Source: Bdellovibrionota bacterium
GTDB taxonomy: Bacteria; Bdellovibrionota; Bacteriovoracia; Bacteriovoracales; Bacteriovoracaceae
Direction of reading: 5' to 3'
Length of the DNA stretch: 64,000 nt
Assembly (NCBI GenBank): GCA_040387275.1
Contig: JAZKDZ010000002.1
Coordinates: 390,480-454,479, forward strand
Positions 8,891-18,058 of the stretch are shown piece by piece (position 1 is the stretch's first letter; the number at the start of each line of letters is the position of its first letter). A program made the translations under genes and the position numbers. The notes under the pieces are model-generated. The model saw only the letters and a list, made by a program, of their open reading frames with translations. It had not been told where the DNA came from and ran no database searches.

Positions 8891-9613
8891 TCAGGAATAA
8901 CGGTGTGTTCTGATTCGGCTGATGAGACGGACAAGTTGAAATTTCTGAGTGATCGACGTCGGGAAAAACTGAACACCATAACCTGGCGTACTCGAGATCA
9001 CATGTCGGCTGATCACTTTCACCGGTACTTCCATCATGAGACCTTCGGATTCAAAGGATAGAGAGATCACATCTCCCGGCGCGAGAAGGTTGTTATCTTT
9101 AAGAAATGCACCTGTCTGGGAAATATTCAGAATTTCTGTCTGGAAGGTAATCTTATTGCCCGTCACTTTGGTAGGAATTGCGATACGGTAACGAGGCTTA
9201 CTCTCCCACCAGCGGATTTTCTTGTTAAAGAATGGCTCGCGGACTGTCGGAACGAGGAAATAAGCGATTGTGAGAAGTGTGATCGCAATGATGAAGTAGT
9301 GATAGAAAAGCGGCTTATCCGTGTTGTACGGCCATGTATATTTTTCGTAAGTCAGAATACTGAAGACGAGGTAACTCATGACTGCCAGAAAAGCAAAATA
9401 AGTCCACTTTCTTAATTTCCATAACATGATTCCCGCAATCGGAAACACGATCCAGAAATCAAATATCTCGCGAAAACTTGTACGCGATAAAATATTTTCA
9501 AAAACTGTGACGAAATCGAAATGGGTCGAAGCCTTGAAGTAGAGAATCTTGATGGCAGGCTCAAGAAGAAAAAGGATCGAAAGTAATTGAAAGATTAAGG
9601 GCTTGTTTCTCAT
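8891..9613 (-). CDS. Membrane protein with C-terminal PilZ (c-di-GMP-binding) domain
   Basis: Three to four N-terminal TM helices, then RxxxR (WWESKPRYR) and D/NxSxxG (NISQTGAFL) PilZ signature motifs. Confidence 0.6.
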   Translation of the reverse strand: MRNKPLIFQLLSILFLLEPAIKILYFKASTHFDFVTVFENILSRTSFREIFDFWIVFPIAGIMLWKLRKWTYFAFLAVMSYLVFSILTYEKYTWPYNTDKPLFYHYFIIAITLLTIAYFLVPTVREPFFNKKIRWWESKPRYRIAIPTKVTGNKITFQTEILNISQTGAFLKDNNLLAPGDVISLSFESEGLMMEVPVKVISRHVISSTPGYGVQFFPTSITQKFQLVRLISRIRTHRYS

Positions 9614-9633
9614 GTTAAAAATTTTAACATGAG
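9609..9633. promoter_or_regulatory. Perfect 25-bp AT-rich palindrome CTCATGTTAAAAATTTTAACATGAG overlapping the start codon of the PilZ membrane gene
   Basis: Read directly: the 12-nt arms are exact reverse complements around a central A. The ATG of the gene (complement of 9611-9613) lies inside the left arm. Confidence 0.35.
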
Positions 9634-9689
9634 TTCAAACCCTGTCTACAATCTTCCTTTCTTAGGCCATAGGGGCAAGCTTAGAGCTT

Positions 9690-9905
9690 CTAATCCCAGG
9701 GCTCGGAAGATTTTGGCGAGAAAATGTGGCTCTGACTCTGCTCATGGAAGCAGGAGTGGAAGGCATTCTCAAGGCCACCCAGTACTTCCGCAGCTGCCGT
9801 CATAAGTGCTTTCTCTTCTGTATCTTCGAGATGTCCGACATGATCGCGGCACATTTGTTTGATGTGACGGAGATGATTTTCAATTTCAACGATAGAATGT
9901 TCCAT
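9690..9905 (-). CDS. Small hypothetical protein (His/Cys-containing)
   Basis: A 72-79 aa ORF directly downstream of the PaaI gene on the same strand, with no recognisable domain. Confidence 0.3.
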   Translation of the reverse strand: MEHSIVEIENHLRHIKQMCRDHVGHLEDTEEKALMTAAAEVLGGLENAFHSCFHEQSQSHIFSPKSSEPWD

Positions 9906-9930
9906 GAACGCCCCCTTGCTAGGGCACATT

Positions 9931-10356
9931 CTAGCCTCTGAGAGGCGCTTCTGTTACGAGCATCGTGATTCTTCCGGAAGAAACAAGTTTCCCTTTCTGA
10001 TTACTGATATTCACATCCCAGACCTGTGTTGTCTTACCAATGTGGACGGATGTTGAGCGTGCAGTCAGAATGTCTCCCGGACGCGCAACAGAAAGATGAT
10101 TCGCATTCACCTGAATGCCAAAAGCATTATATTGAGAAGGATCAATGAAAAGACATGTGCTGACACTTCCAATGGTCTCGAGAAGCACGAGACTGACTCC
10201 CCCATTCATGATGTTACCCGGCCGAAGATGACGATGATCAACGGTCAAAGTTCCTGTAACCGAGTCTTTTTCTACAGCAGTAATGTTGATGCCAAATGAT
10301 TCGGGTAGCTGGCCCTTGATGAAAATATTCTGTGCAGTGGCAAGATCAAAACTCAT
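9931..10356 (-). CDS. PaaI-family (hotdog-fold) acyl-CoA thioesterase
   Basis: 141 aa. The NIMNGGVSLVLLETIGS and HLSVARPGDILTARSTSVHIGKTTQVWDVNI segments are typical of PaaI/YbgC hotdog thioesterases. Confidence 0.7.
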   Translation of the reverse strand: MSFDLATAQNIFIKGQLPESFGINITAVEKDSVTGTLTVDHRHLRPGNIMNGGVSLVLLETIGSVSTCLFIDPSQYNAFGIQVNANHLSVARPGDILTARSTSVHIGKTTQVWDVNISNQKGKLVSSGRITMLVTEAPLRG

Positions 10357-10444
10357 GGCAAATCCTTGGAAAGTTCTCCCTTAGCTTAGCATAGTGACTA
10401 AGGTGGAAGACAAGTCTTTCATAGTGTTTTACGGAGGAACTATC

Positions 10445-10702
10445 ATGAAAATAAATCAACTGTTCACACTCTTACTGACAGCGACCCTCGTGCAGGCAGT
10501 GGCCAGAGAAGGAATTCGCACGGGAGAAGAAGCGGGAATTCCTGATCGCGCCGACGTTAAGAAATCAATGAAGGAAGAAGATAAGAAAATAGAAAAAGCA
10601 GAAGAAGGACGTGAGGTCAGAGAGAATCAGGAAGAAACAGATCCTGTCTTTTACGACAGCACAACATCTCCCGAAGAGATGAATGGGAGCGGAACTCTTT
10701 AA
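10445..10702 (+). CDS. Small secreted acidic protein
   Basis: GGAGG RBS, then MKINQLFTLLLTATLVQAVA signal peptide. The mature part is E/K-rich. Confidence 0.4.
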   Translation: MKINQLFTLLLTATLVQAVAREGIRTGEEAGIPDRADVKKSMKEEDKKIEKAEEGREVRENQEETDPVFYDSTTSPEEMNGSGTL

Positions 10703-10953
10703 AATCCGTGCATGGAATTATCTGAAAAGCGGGAGATCCGGCGAATCTTGAGTTTATTCTCTACGTGCCGGATTCCTTCCATTCCGGAAAGACATTCATC
10801 CACGACTTTCTTGGCGTGACGGCCACTGACATCCCCTTCAAGTTTCACGACGCCTTCTTCGACTTCAATGCCAAAATTATGAGTATCCACTTCGCCATTC
10901 GAAAGTAATTTTTTCCGGACTTCTTCTTCAAGTGTTTTATCTGCTTCATTCAT
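10699..10953 (-). CDS. BON domain protein (single domain)
   Basis: The 84-aa sequence GIEVEEGVVKLEGDVSGRHAKKVVDECLSGMEGIRHVENKLKI fits the BON consensus. Confidence 0.55.
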   Translation of the reverse strand: MNEADKTLEEEVRKKLLSNGEVDTHNFGIEVEEGVVKLEGDVSGRHAKKVVDECLSGMEGIRHVENKLKIRRISRFSDNSMHGF

Positions 10954-10961
10954 GTTTCCTC

Positions 10962-12332
10962 CTAAAGTATCGGAGCGAGCAGATTGGCCGCCCGTTCAAC
11001 AATCTTCTTCGGTAATGATTTTCTCCGGAACGACTCCATTGTCACAACTTCAGATTCTTTAAGGTCATTCTCGAGCATTCTGGTGAGTGACTCAATGTAA
11101 TCGGAATCAGAGCTCACTGTGGTTATCTCAAAATTAATATACATACTCCGGAAATCCAGATTGGCCGAGCCAACGACTCCAAGCGTGTCGTCTACCACCA
11201 TCACTTTCTGATGGAGAAAGCCTGATTTATATTTGTAAATCTTGACTCCGTAATCCATCAGGCGTTGATAATAGATATCTGCAACCGCCATAATTAAAAA
11301 ATTATCGGAATAACTGGGAACTAATATTTTCACGTCCACGCCGCGAAGGGCGGCCATGGCAAGCGCATCGATTAAACTTTGTGGTGGGACGATATAAGGA
11401 TTCGCAATCCACAGTCTCTTGCGGGACAGATCAATCAGGGCAATGTGATGAAGTAGGCAGAAAGGTTTCTCTTCAATCGGGCCGGAGCTGAAAATGAGAA
11501 CATTCGCATCTCCGCTGGAAGGGCCATGTTTCCATTCTATATCAGGCGCGGATCCCTGCGAGCCCAACCAGTCTTTGCAGAAAGACATCTGGGCCGGAAT
11601 AATTGAAGGTCCTTCGATCCTGACGTTGGTATCCCGCCAATGACCAATCTTAGGATATTTTCCCACGTAATCATCGCCGATATTGATGCCGCCGAAAAAT
11701 CCTGCCTTGCCGTCAATGATCATGATCTTCCGGTGATTCCGGAAATTAAGATGCCATTTGTTGCGGGTAAAGGGTTTGAAGAGACCCGTATGAATTCCGG
11801 CATCATGCATTTCATCCAGAAGGGTTTTATCCATCTTGATGAGGACTTTTTCGTAGAGCACGTAAACCTTCACTCCCTCACGCGCCTTTCGCATGAGTAT
11901 CTCAGCAAATTTTCTTCCGGTATCATCTGTCCGGAAAATAAAAACCTGGAGGATGATGTACTCTCTGGCCTCATTGAGTTCTTTAAACATCGCGGGATAT
12001 ATCTGAGCAGCATCAATCAAAAGATCAATTTTGTTTTTTCCGGTGAAATAGAATCCGGTGTGATTGAGAAATCTTTCAAACTCACCCAGGAGTTCAGACC
12101 GATGTTTCACCACATCGTATTTGGGAAATGCCAGACTATCCCCGGGTTTTTCCTCATGATAACGGCGACGACCGCAAAGGATGAAAATGGGTATGGCCAC
12201 CAGGGGAAAACCAACCAGACCGATAAACCAGGCAAGAGCTCCCTGCGGAGTTCGTGACTGGAAAAGCGCATTCACTGCGAGGATGAAACCCACCACATGC
12301 GAAGCGATGACAAAAGTATCATTCATGGGCAA
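10962..12332 (-). CDS. cls: Cardiolipin synthase (phospholipase D family, two HKD motifs)
   Basis: Two N-terminal TM helices, then HRKIMIIDGKAGFFGGINIGDDY and HQKVMVVDDTLGVVGSANLDFRS (HxKx4Dx6G HKD motifs). Confidence 0.85.
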   Translation of the reverse strand: MPMNDTFVIASHVVGFILAVNALFQSRTPQGALAWFIGLVGFPLVAIPIFILCGRRRYHEEKPGDSLAFPKYDVVKHRSELLGEFERFLNHTGFYFTGKNKIDLLIDAAQIYPAMFKELNEAREYIILQVFIFRTDDTGRKFAEILMRKAREGVKVYVLYEKVLIKMDKTLLDEMHDAGIHTGLFKPFTRNKWHLNFRNHRKIMIIDGKAGFFGGINIGDDYVGKYPKIGHWRDTNVRIEGPSIIPAQMSFCKDWLGSQGSAPDIEWKHGPSSGDANVLIFSSGPIEEKPFCLLHHIALIDLSRKRLWIANPYIVPPQSLIDALAMAALRGVDVKILVPSYSDNFLIMAVADIYYQRLMDYGVKIYKYKSGFLHQKVMVVDDTLGVVGSANLDFRSMYINFEITTVSSDSDYIESLTRMLENDLKESEVVTMESFRRKSLPKKIVERAANLLAPIL

Positions 12333-13014
12333 GCCTTCCTGATTGATTTTTCATGACAAGTTTTATGAGCGGAGGAAGGAGACCCAGAACCGTTAAACCG
12401 AGAAGAATTTCCCATGAGAGAATTTCAGAAATCTTGTTGATGGTAGAAAGTTTTTTTCCTGCGAGGACATAAAGGAATGTCCCAGGCAACATCCCGAGAC
12501 AGGTGACCCACGCAAAATTCCATAGCCGCATCTCAGAGAGTCCCATCACTACATTAATCACGACATAGGGAGAAACCGGAATCATCCGGAGGGTGAACAG
12601 ATAAGAGATTCCCTCTTTCTTTATCCGATGATTCATTTTATGAAATTGATTCCGGAATTTATTCTGAAAATAAGAGCGGAACATGTAACGTGAAATGAGA
12701 AACGACAGACAAGCACCTACCGTTGTTGCGAACATGACCCAGAATAAACCCTTTCCGACACCAAGTACTGCACCTGCGAGGAGAGTCAGGACTATTGAGC
12801 CAGGAATAGAAAGCGTCGTGAGAAACAAAATGATTCCCACAAAGGCTGAAGTAAAAATAACCGGAGACTCATTCAGCATGGATCTTAACTTCTGCAGATT
12901 TTCCCGGACATATTCAAGTTCAAGGTATTGGCCTCCACCCAGCAGATAGAAGCCGATGATCGCACCCACCATCAGCATGAACAGTAAGGGTCGAGTCCAG
13001 GAATTCTTTTTCAA
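12319..13014 (-). CDS. TVP38/TMEM64 (DedA-related, VTT domain) membrane protein
   Basis: Multi-pass membrane protein with the VTT-domain pattern (LSIPGSIVLTLLAGAVLG...RMIPVSPYVVINVVMG). It overlaps cls by 14 nt, indicating an operon. Confidence 0.7.
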   Translation of the reverse strand: MKKNSWTRPLLFMLMVGAIIGFYLLGGGQYLELEYVRENLQKLRSMLNESPVIFTSAFVGIILFLTTLSIPGSIVLTLLAGAVLGVGKGLFWVMFATTVGACLSFLISRYMFRSYFQNKFRNQFHKMNHRIKKEGISYLFTLRMIPVSPYVVINVVMGLSEMRLWNFAWVTCLGMLPGTFLYVLAGKKLSTINKISEILSWEILLGLTVLGLLPPLIKLVMKNQSGRLAHE

Positions 13015-13023
13015 TGAGTCCTC

Positions 13024-13257
13024 TTACTCCGGTGTTTCCACCTGAAAGAAAGGCCGTTTATAAAAGCGGAGATTTTTCGGAGTCGTGTGACGATAGTTCT
13101 GCTTGAACCACGGCTTTTTAAAAGCCTTCACGTCTGCATGTAATCCCTCTTCACTTTCACCAAGATCAAGTTGAAGGTAGGAATCATCCAGATCATAGGG
13201 CCACAGCGGCTCACTCCATTCGGTCGAGATACTGGTCATCTGAAATACTCTGGACAT
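13024..13257 (-). CDS. Small hypothetical protein (77 aa) preceded by a strong G-rich RBS
   Basis: The minus-strand sequence AAGGGGGGTTTATG gives a good SD. Its stop overlaps the TVP38 start, so it is probably the first gene of the small-ORF/TVP38/cls operon. Confidence 0.3.
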   Translation of the reverse strand: MSRVFQMTSISTEWSEPLWPYDLDDSYLQLDLGESEEGLHADVKAFKKPWFKQNYRHTTPKNLRFYKRPFFQVETPE

Positions 13258-13593
13258 AAACCCCCCTTAGACATTAGGAAGACAGAGTCCAGAGTAGGCC
13301 CACAAGAAAATGATTGGAAAATGAAATTAATCTCGAGATTTTATCTGAGCATTCATGGGGCAAAATTCACCACACAAAACTGATTTAATATTGAGATTAT
13401 GAGCGGGATTTCGGAGGCTTTGCCATTCGCTCTTCATTGGCATTGAGCTTGCTTTTAATGAGGTCAGAGCAGGAGGGTGGAACTCCAAAAAAGTTCATCA
13501 AATTCCCCGGGAGAAAAGGTTAACCTCTTTATCTCCTTCCCCCACGACCCGCCACACCTATCAATGTTCCACTCTCCCTGCAGGTTACATTGA

Positions 13594-14751
13594 TTATTCT
13601 AAGGCACTCCGGAGATCCGCAATAAGATCTTCGGAGTGTTCTAATCCCACCGAAATTCTCAGCGTATAAGGATTCATTCCCAGTTGATTCAATTCTTCAG
13701 GCGATAAATCATCTCCAAAAAACATGGCCGTGGGACAGATGAGTGTTTCGGCAGAACCGACACTGGCCGTGAACTGAATAAGCTTCACACGATGGCAGAT
13801 TTCCAGGGCCGTTCCCAAGGAAGGATCAACTTCAAACGCGAGAATGCCACCCATGGAACTCATCTGCGAACGTGCGAGTTCATGCCCTGGATGGGAAGGA
13901 AGTCCGGGATAAAGAACCCGTTTTACTTTGGGAAACTTTTCCAGAAACTCAGCGAGAGTTTTTGCTGTTGCTGCCTGCCTTTCATAACGAAGATGATAAG
14001 TTTTCAACCCTCGTTGCACGAGATAAGCGGCGTGAGGATCGAGAGTGGCTCCAAGATTGATCGTCATCTGACGGATCTCATGAATCACAGCTTTTTTCCC
14101 GGCAATAGAACCTGCAATCACATCGCCATGTCCGTTAGCGTATTTCGTCAGACTCTGAAGGAAGACATCAACACCAAGATCGGTATGCTGATGAGGGCCT
14201 CCGAAAGTTGCATCCATCATGACAAGAACGTTATGTTTTTTTGCGATACTCACAATCTTTTTAATGTCGGCAATGTTCAGATGAGGGTTGGTGGGACTTT
14301 CAAAATAAATAATCTTCGTCTGAGGAGTGATGGCCGCTTCAAGCTTTGCCAGTTCAGAAAGTCCCAGAACAGTGGCCGTCATGCCGAATCTCTTCAATGT
14401 CGTGCGCGTGAAAATTCTCGCCGGACGGTAAGTCTCCATGAACGTGATGAGATGATCACCGGTTTTCATGAGACCAAGAATGGCGCCCGTAATAGCGGCC
14501 ATACCACTTCCTACAACAATACAATCTTCTGTCTTCTGAAGTTCAGCGAGTGAAAGCTCAAGCTGTCTCAGCGTGGGATTTGAGACACGGGTATAAGCAA
14601 ACTGAGAACTCAGAGGAACGTCCTCACTCAGCCGGAATTTTGCTGTCTGATAAATGGGAGAAAGGATGGGATAGTTGCCCTCAGGAAGTGGCACTTCCGG
14701 AGAATGATTAAGCCGGGTAACTGGATGAAGTTTGTTGCGGTCTGAATCCAT
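13594..14751 (-). CDS. PLP-dependent Cys/Met-metabolism enzyme (cystathionine gamma-synthase / beta-lyase / methionine gamma-lyase family)
   Basis: The family motifs DVIAGSIAGKK and SLTKYANGHGDV (PLP-lysine) are present. The start is placed at the internal MDSDRNK. Confidence 0.75.
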   Translation of the reverse strand: MDSDRNKLHPVTRLNHSPEVPLPEGNYPILSPIYQTAKFRLSEDVPLSSQFAYTRVSNPTLRQLELSLAELQKTEDCIVVGSGMAAITGAILGLMKTGDHLITFMETYRPARIFTRTTLKRFGMTATVLGLSELAKLEAAITPQTKIIYFESPTNPHLNIADIKKIVSIAKKHNVLVMMDATFGGPHQHTDLGVDVFLQSLTKYANGHGDVIAGSIAGKKAVIHEIRQMTINLGATLDPHAAYLVQRGLKTYHLRYERQAATAKTLAEFLEKFPKVKRVLYPGLPSHPGHELARSQMSSMGGILAFEVDPSLGTALEICHRVKLIQFTASVGSAETLICPTAMFFGDDLSPEELNQLGMNPYTLRISVGLEHSEDLIADLRSALE

Positions 14752-14899
14752 GAGCACCTCAAAAAAAATTAATGTCTCAATCTTAAGACGGGGCCAAATG
14801 CAAGGCAAGGAAATCAAAGACTCTTCAAGCTTCCTTCACAACCGGAACATCTTTTCGCAACATCCCGGGAGTATGATTTCCTTCACGAGAGAGGTTATC

Positions 14900-15310
14900 A
14901 TGCTATTGCATTGGGAAGATAATACCGAGAAAGAGTCAAAGGACAGCATGAAATCTGACGAGTTCAAAGTTCTTGTGATTGATGATGATGAAGACATTCT
15001 GAACTGGTTCAGAATGCTGGAAAAATCAGACAGTCCTTACCGCTTCACGTTCATGCAGGATGAGCTGGAAATTCTCAAGGCCATCGTTCATTTGAAGCCT
15101 AATTTGATTTTTCTCGATATCTGCCTTTCCCACATCAACGGCAAAAAGCTGAGTGAGATAATCCGGATCGCCAGTACCTACGAAATCCCGATTGTTCAGA
15201 TGTCGACCCGCGAAACGTACGCAACGGGTGTTCCCGAGCATCTTTTCATGAGAAAACCACTCGAACGCAAGGCAGTGGACGCAAAAATCCGCACTCTCCT
15301 CAAAATTTGA
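14900..15310 (+). CDS. Single-domain response regulator (CheY-like receiver)
   Basis: VLVIDDDEDIL...LIFLDICLSHINGKKL...MRKP has the receiver-domain acidic pocket, the phosphoacceptor D and the conserved K. ATG at 14900. Confidence 0.55.
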   Translation: MLLHWEDNTEKESKDSMKSDEFKVLVIDDDEDILNWFRMLEKSDSPYRFTFMQDELEILKAIVHLKPNLIFLDICLSHINGKKLSEIIRIASTYEIPIVQMSTRETYATGVPEHLFMRKPLERKAVDAKIRTLLKI

Positions 15311-15344
15311 TAGTTTTTAAGCAGTGATCGACTAAAATGTTTTA

Positions 15345-16040
15345 ATGAGTTCACCTGCTATCCTCATGATTGAGGACGATATCGAAATTTATAATCTGGT
15401 CAAAGGTTTCGCCAAGGAACTTCAGATTAACTATGCCTCCAGTCTCGCCGAAGCTTCGCGCTGGCTGGCCAACAATACGCCTGAACTGGTTCTTCTGGAT
15501 ATCGAGCTTCCCGATGGGAATGGCGTCGACTTTCTCATGAAAAACCGCGCGCTTTTTGAAGATTCGAGAATTGGTGTCATCATGCTCACCTCTCACGGTG
15601 AAATCGGAACGAAGCTCGAGAGTTTTGAGCTGGGTGTTCTGGATTATGTTCAGAAGCCTTTCATTCCGATGGAACTTATCGCCCGCATCCGCGCGAACCT
15701 CAGAAAAGTGAATCCAAGAAGCAAAGATCTCGTGAAAAAAGATATTGTCGTTAAGTTCAGTTCCAACCAGGTCTTCGTTGGCCCGAAAGATGAGCAGAAA
15801 TCTGTCGAGCTATCTCCCCTGGAATTCAAGCTTCTCGTTTTCTTCATGGAAAATGAAGATCACGTCTATACCCGTGAACAACTCATGGATATGGTCTGGG
15901 GAAATGAGTTTGAAGTGACTGACCGGAACGTTGATCAGCACATTTCAAAACTCCGGAAAAAAATCAATTCACAGTATTACCACGTCAAGACTGTCCACGG
16001 GACCGGTTATTCGTGGGTGAAGTACGATCGCCCGTCTTAA
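15345..16040 (+). CDS. OmpR/PhoB-family DNA-binding response regulator
   Basis: Receiver domain (ILMIEDD...LVLLDIELPDGNGVDF...VIMLTSHGE) plus a C-terminal winged-helix Trans_reg_C (LSPLEFKLLVFFMENEDHVYTREQLMDMVWG...VDQHISKLRKKI...VHGTGY). Confidence 0.85.
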   Translation: MSSPAILMIEDDIEIYNLVKGFAKELQINYASSLAEASRWLANNTPELVLLDIELPDGNGVDFLMKNRALFEDSRIGVIMLTSHGEIGTKLESFELGVLDYVQKPFIPMELIARIRANLRKVNPRSKDLVKKDIVVKFSSNQVFVGPKDEQKSVELSPLEFKLLVFFMENEDHVYTREQLMDMVWGNEFEVTDRNVDQHISKLRKKINSQYYHVKTVHGTGYSWVKYDRPS

Positions 16041-16332
16041 GTCCGGCGAGATAGAAAAAATCTTCCTGAAACTCATAGGCCTCTCTTTCAAAGCTGATGT
16101 TCCGGTAGGCCTCATCATGAGTGAGTCCTTCGCGCCTTCCTCTGAAATATTCAACGAGATACAGCAGATAAAATCGTGCCACCCCTTCACGTCTCAATTG
16201 CTCGAGGTGAATTTGTTCATGATTCATGACAATGGGATGGGGATCGCGGTCTGCGTAGAGTAAGAACGGCCACAGGACAATTCCGTTGATGCGGAAATAA
16301 CTCAGTGGCCGGATATTTTTAAGGACGATCAT
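15985..16332 (-). CDS. Small HExxH-motif protein (putative zincin-like), hypothetical
   Basis: 115 aa with an HEQIHLEQ motif. It overlaps convergently with the 3' end of the response-regulator gene, so the true extent is uncertain. Confidence 0.3.
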   Translation of the reverse strand: MIVLKNIRPLSYFRINGIVLWPFLLYADRDPHPIVMNHEQIHLEQLRREGVARFYLLYLVEYFRGRREGLTHDEAYRNISFEREAYEFQEDFFYLAGLKTGDRTSPTNNRSRGQS

Positions 16333-16338
16333 GCATCA

Positions 16339-16935
16339 TTATTCCCGGGTGAAAATAATGATAGAACGGGAAGCTTTACCCAGTCCTTCTTTTTTATCCC
16401 CTTTTTCGGGAATACCAGCTTCATCCAGTGATTCCTGAATGCGGGCGGCTTCATTCGGAACTATCCGCTTAAGACCAGAAGGTCTTTCGGCCATGCTGAT
16501 GGGATCAATATTGATATCTCTTTTCTTATCCTGAATGAATTTTGTCAGGACATCATTTCTTCTTTTCGCAAGCTCACGCTGGTCATCTGAGAGCTCCCCT
16601 TTTTTTTCATCCGGCATTTCACTATCGGCCCACGTAATAAGCTTCACAACTTTATCAGAACCTTCTTTCCCGGCCCTTTCCAGAACTTGTGCAAGTGAGC
16701 GACGGGCATCACTGTTCAGTTCGGTGGATCCCTTTTTAAAGCGGATTTCTGATACGTAATTGGATTCCATTTCGTTGGCCAGTTGTCTGGCATCGAAGCT
16801 TATTCCTGAAGCTTTTGTGGCCGATCCGATAATCTTCGGAGTTTTAGGAGGAGATTTCTTCGACGGATCTTCCGGTGCCTTGGTAGAGCATGCCGAGAGC
16901 GCCATGACGGCCGTAAGTGCTAATACGTATTTCAT
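16339..16935 (-). CDS. Lipoprotein, hypothetical
   Basis: MKYVLALTAVMALSAC lipobox. The start is set at the internal Met after a basic stretch in the longer ORF. Confidence 0.45.
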   Translation of the reverse strand: MKYVLALTAVMALSACSTKAPEDPSKKSPPKTPKIIGSATKASGISFDARQLANEMESNYVSEIRFKKGSTELNSDARRSLAQVLERAGKEGSDKVVKLITWADSEMPDEKKGELSDDQRELAKRRNDVLTKFIQDKKRDINIDPISMAERPSGLKRIVPNEAARIQESLDEAGIPEKGDKKEGLGKASRSIIIFTRE

Positions 16936-16936
16936 G

Positions 16937-18052
16937 TTAATCCTCTTTCTTATCTTCTTTTTTTTCATTGTCGCGTTCCGTTTCCTTGGCCTCATTCTTA
17001 GCTTCCTGCGCCTGCATGGACATGTTGCCATCCACTCCCGGTGAAAGTTCCTGGTCAAATCCATGCTCGATGACATTGCTCACGGCTGCACTCTGATCAA
17101 TGGCGAATTTTTTTCCGTCAAATGAGAATGGAACTTTCGTTGCTATTGTTCTGTCTCTCTTCGCCTCCAGAATCCAGTTTCCGACGGCTCCTGCCACCTC
17201 AATTAACCAGTGCTTTGCTCCCTTGAAATTCTCATCACGACGGATGAAATCGAGATCTTCCACAAATGGTTTCACGTAACCGCGGATTTTTCCTTCCTCT
17301 GACTTTACTTCGGAGTAAAGATCAAAAATTCCTTTGGTAAACGTGAGCGGAACTTTATTCAGAAGAAATCTGTTCATGGATGATAAGGTGAATCCCTGCA
17401 TCTGAGCATCGACATCCCATTCCAGAGGATCGGCCAGTAAGTTAGCACTTCCGATCGCCTTGAAACTTGATGTTCCACTACCCTTTCCCAGAACGTGAAA
17501 GAAAGATCTCGGTGTATCGGAATCAGCAAAAAGATTTGTCACACGACCTTCAATTCCTGAAAGACGAAAGGGCCCCTGATTCGTGTAGGCCTTGTCTGTA
17601 GGAAGAATAACATCCACATTTTTCCAGTCGAGCCGGGAAATTCTGAGTGGCGGTTGCTTCTTGGGTGCAGATTTATCTTCAGGGGGGAGAGACTTTTTAA
17701 TAGCGGCAGGAATTCTTTCATCAAATGTGAAAGTCACTCCATTCACCATTGCATCGGCCATGAGATTTCCCTTGAAAATCTCTCTCCAGGCCAGAGAGAC
17801 ATCGGCCTCTTTCACCTGCAGGAATTCCTTATCGTTTTTTTTAAGTTTCATGGTCATATCTTCCACGCCGAAAGCTCCGCGGAAGATCCCAATATTGAGC
17901 CCATCCACATGTCCCTCAATCTCAGGAGAGAAAGTCGCGAGTTTTTTATTGATAAAACCCAGAAGGAAGGGCTGGAGAGCAATTCTCAAAGCAACTAAAA
18001 AGAGTAGAACCCCGAGTGGGATGATGATTTTTTTCTTTTTAAACCACTTCAT
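16937..18052 (-). CDS. Membrane-anchored protein, DUF748/AsmA-like (putative), with KE-rich C-terminal tail
   Basis: An N-terminal TM helix (IIIPLGVLLFLVALRIAL) is followed by a ~300-aa periplasmic domain and a highly charged tail. The family assignment is tentative. Confidence 0.35.
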   Translation of the reverse strand: MKWFKKKKIIIPLGVLLFLVALRIALQPFLLGFINKKLATFSPEIEGHVDGLNIGIFRGAFGVEDMTMKLKKNDKEFLQVKEADVSLAWREIFKGNLMADAMVNGVTFTFDERIPAAIKKSLPPEDKSAPKKQPPLRISRLDWKNVDVILPTDKAYTNQGPFRLSGIEGRVTNLFADSDTPRSFFHVLGKGSGTSSFKAIGSANLLADPLEWDVDAQMQGFTLSSMNRFLLNKVPLTFTKGIFDLYSEVKSEEGKIRGYVKPFVEDLDFIRRDENFKGAKHWLIEVAGAVGNWILEAKRDRTIATKVPFSFDGKKFAIDQSAAVSNVIEHGFDQELSPGVDGNMSMQAQEAKNEAKETERDNEKKEDKKED

Positions 18053-18058
18053 AAAACC

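Noticed and set aside
11640-12257. 205-aa +strand ORF inside cardiolipin synthase
   Set aside because: It is antisense to a gene with two textbook HKD motifs, so it is a shadow ORF.
13792-14553. 253-aa +strand ORF antisense to the PLP-dependent Cys/Met enzyme
   Set aside because: It is a shadow ORF; the minus frame carries the conserved PLP-lysine motif.
14752-14899. Possible SAM/T-box-type riboswitch upstream of the Cys/Met PLP enzyme
   Set aside because: The leader is only ~148 nt and is shared with the divergent response-regulator gene. I could not find SAM-I or S-box consensus elements by eye. It would need an Infernal scan.
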